A stretch of DNA of 63,306 nucleotides, the filler included, from Basidiobolus ranarum (Eukaryota), in the NCBI GenBank assembly GCA_040143965.1. It is 31 parts of 31 records of this genome, joined end to end, with 100 filler letters (N's around TTAATTAATTAA, not from the genome) between each part and the next. Parts side by side here need not be neighbours in the genome. Positions count along the whole stretch, not along the records: positions 61,370 to 63,306 come from JASJQH010010929.1; 30 more parts are not named here. One strand, given 5' to 3'. The notes under the pieces were generated by a model. That model worked only from the letters and a program-made list of their open reading frames with translations, had not been told where the DNA came from and did not search any database. A program made the position numbers and the translations under genes. How positions within the stretch are numbered: position 1 is the first letter of the stretch; each line of letters opens with the position of its first letter. Below are positions 62,461-63,306 of the stretch, one piece after another.

Positions 62461-63306
62461 ACTGCTATTATATTCTATAAATGCTTTATTTCTGCATAGT
62501 AAATTAATATCTCACAAGTTAATCTCAACTCCACTTTTCTGAAGTTCCCCCAAACAGCTCATATTTTCCCAATAAAGTAATGACCAATACATCTGCTTCA
62601 GCATTAATGGGTATTACAGACAGTTGCTTTGATATATTCCTATCTTAAGTCAGATCTATCAACTTAAGTAGATTGAGATTATATCAGATGTAGTAAGATG
62701 GTTAAAAGCTATATTTTTGATAATGCGTAGTGGGTATATCACTTTCCTACTTTGTAATACTTGAGCTTACATTGTTAATACTTGTAAGTACTGAATGACT
62801 GATGGATTCAGGTCAATTGACTAAATAAATCATATAATAGAGTATTCCTCAAGTTTTTTGCTACTACTTGGTTGAGACTTTTACTGATCAACTTCTCTAT
62901 AGATATAAAGCAGAATCAAAGGAAGTACAGGATGGAAAACATGGCCAGTTTTGCTAAATTCTTATGCCTGATCAAAGTGCCCAGCTTGCCTTATGTTATA
63001 CTCTGCAACATTGCAACTGAAATATACACTTTTGACCAGGCTTTGTTCAATATTGTTGATATGCAAGTATTGTGAATCCAACCTTTTAGGAGATCAGTAA
63101 GTCTTCATTACCCTGTTAGATAGGCTGCCAAAACCCAAGAGTCAAAGTACATTCAATCTCACTAGCATTTCCTAAATGTATTAGTGTAGCCATTAATGGT
63201 TTATGTCTTGCTTTTGCTTATATGATTTGCTCCATTATTAACTGTGTTGGATAAACATTAAAGGCTGTGCAGCTATTGTTTCACTCATATTCTCTGAGTC
63301 TCTAGT

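Overview
This is not one contiguous locus. It is 31 unrelated contigs of about 1.94-1.96 kb, ordered by decreasing length and joined by artificial 100-nt linkers (N44-TTAATTAATTAA-N44), so nothing can be inferred from adjacency across linkers. The DNA is eukaryotic and probably from an early-diverging fungus (inferred from short GT-AG introns, a fungal-type PPR gene, cytosolic Hsp70, an animal-like 4E-BP and Tf1-like chromoviruses). Most contigs are nested, CpG-depleted, decayed transposons: several Ty1/copia families and solo LTRs, Ty3/gypsy chromovirus pieces, a CACTA/EnSpm family with CCCTA termini and two divergent ORFs, and a PHIS (Harbinger-like) family with a derived MITE. Host gene fragments include PPR, Hsp70, RING-H2, 4E-BP, a GOST/TMEM87-like gene, a CsbD-like gene and a tRNA-Pro-like gene. 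Best leads: (1) a miniature LTR element (TRIM) with a tRNA-like Pol III cassette in each LTR (42455-42911); (2) a head-to-head duplicated secreted protein whose mature form should begin with His, as LPMO-type copper proteins do (16415-18362); (3) a decayed bacterial-type GH129/GHL glycoside hydrolase gene (about 57480-59231). All calls were made by eye; no database searches were run.
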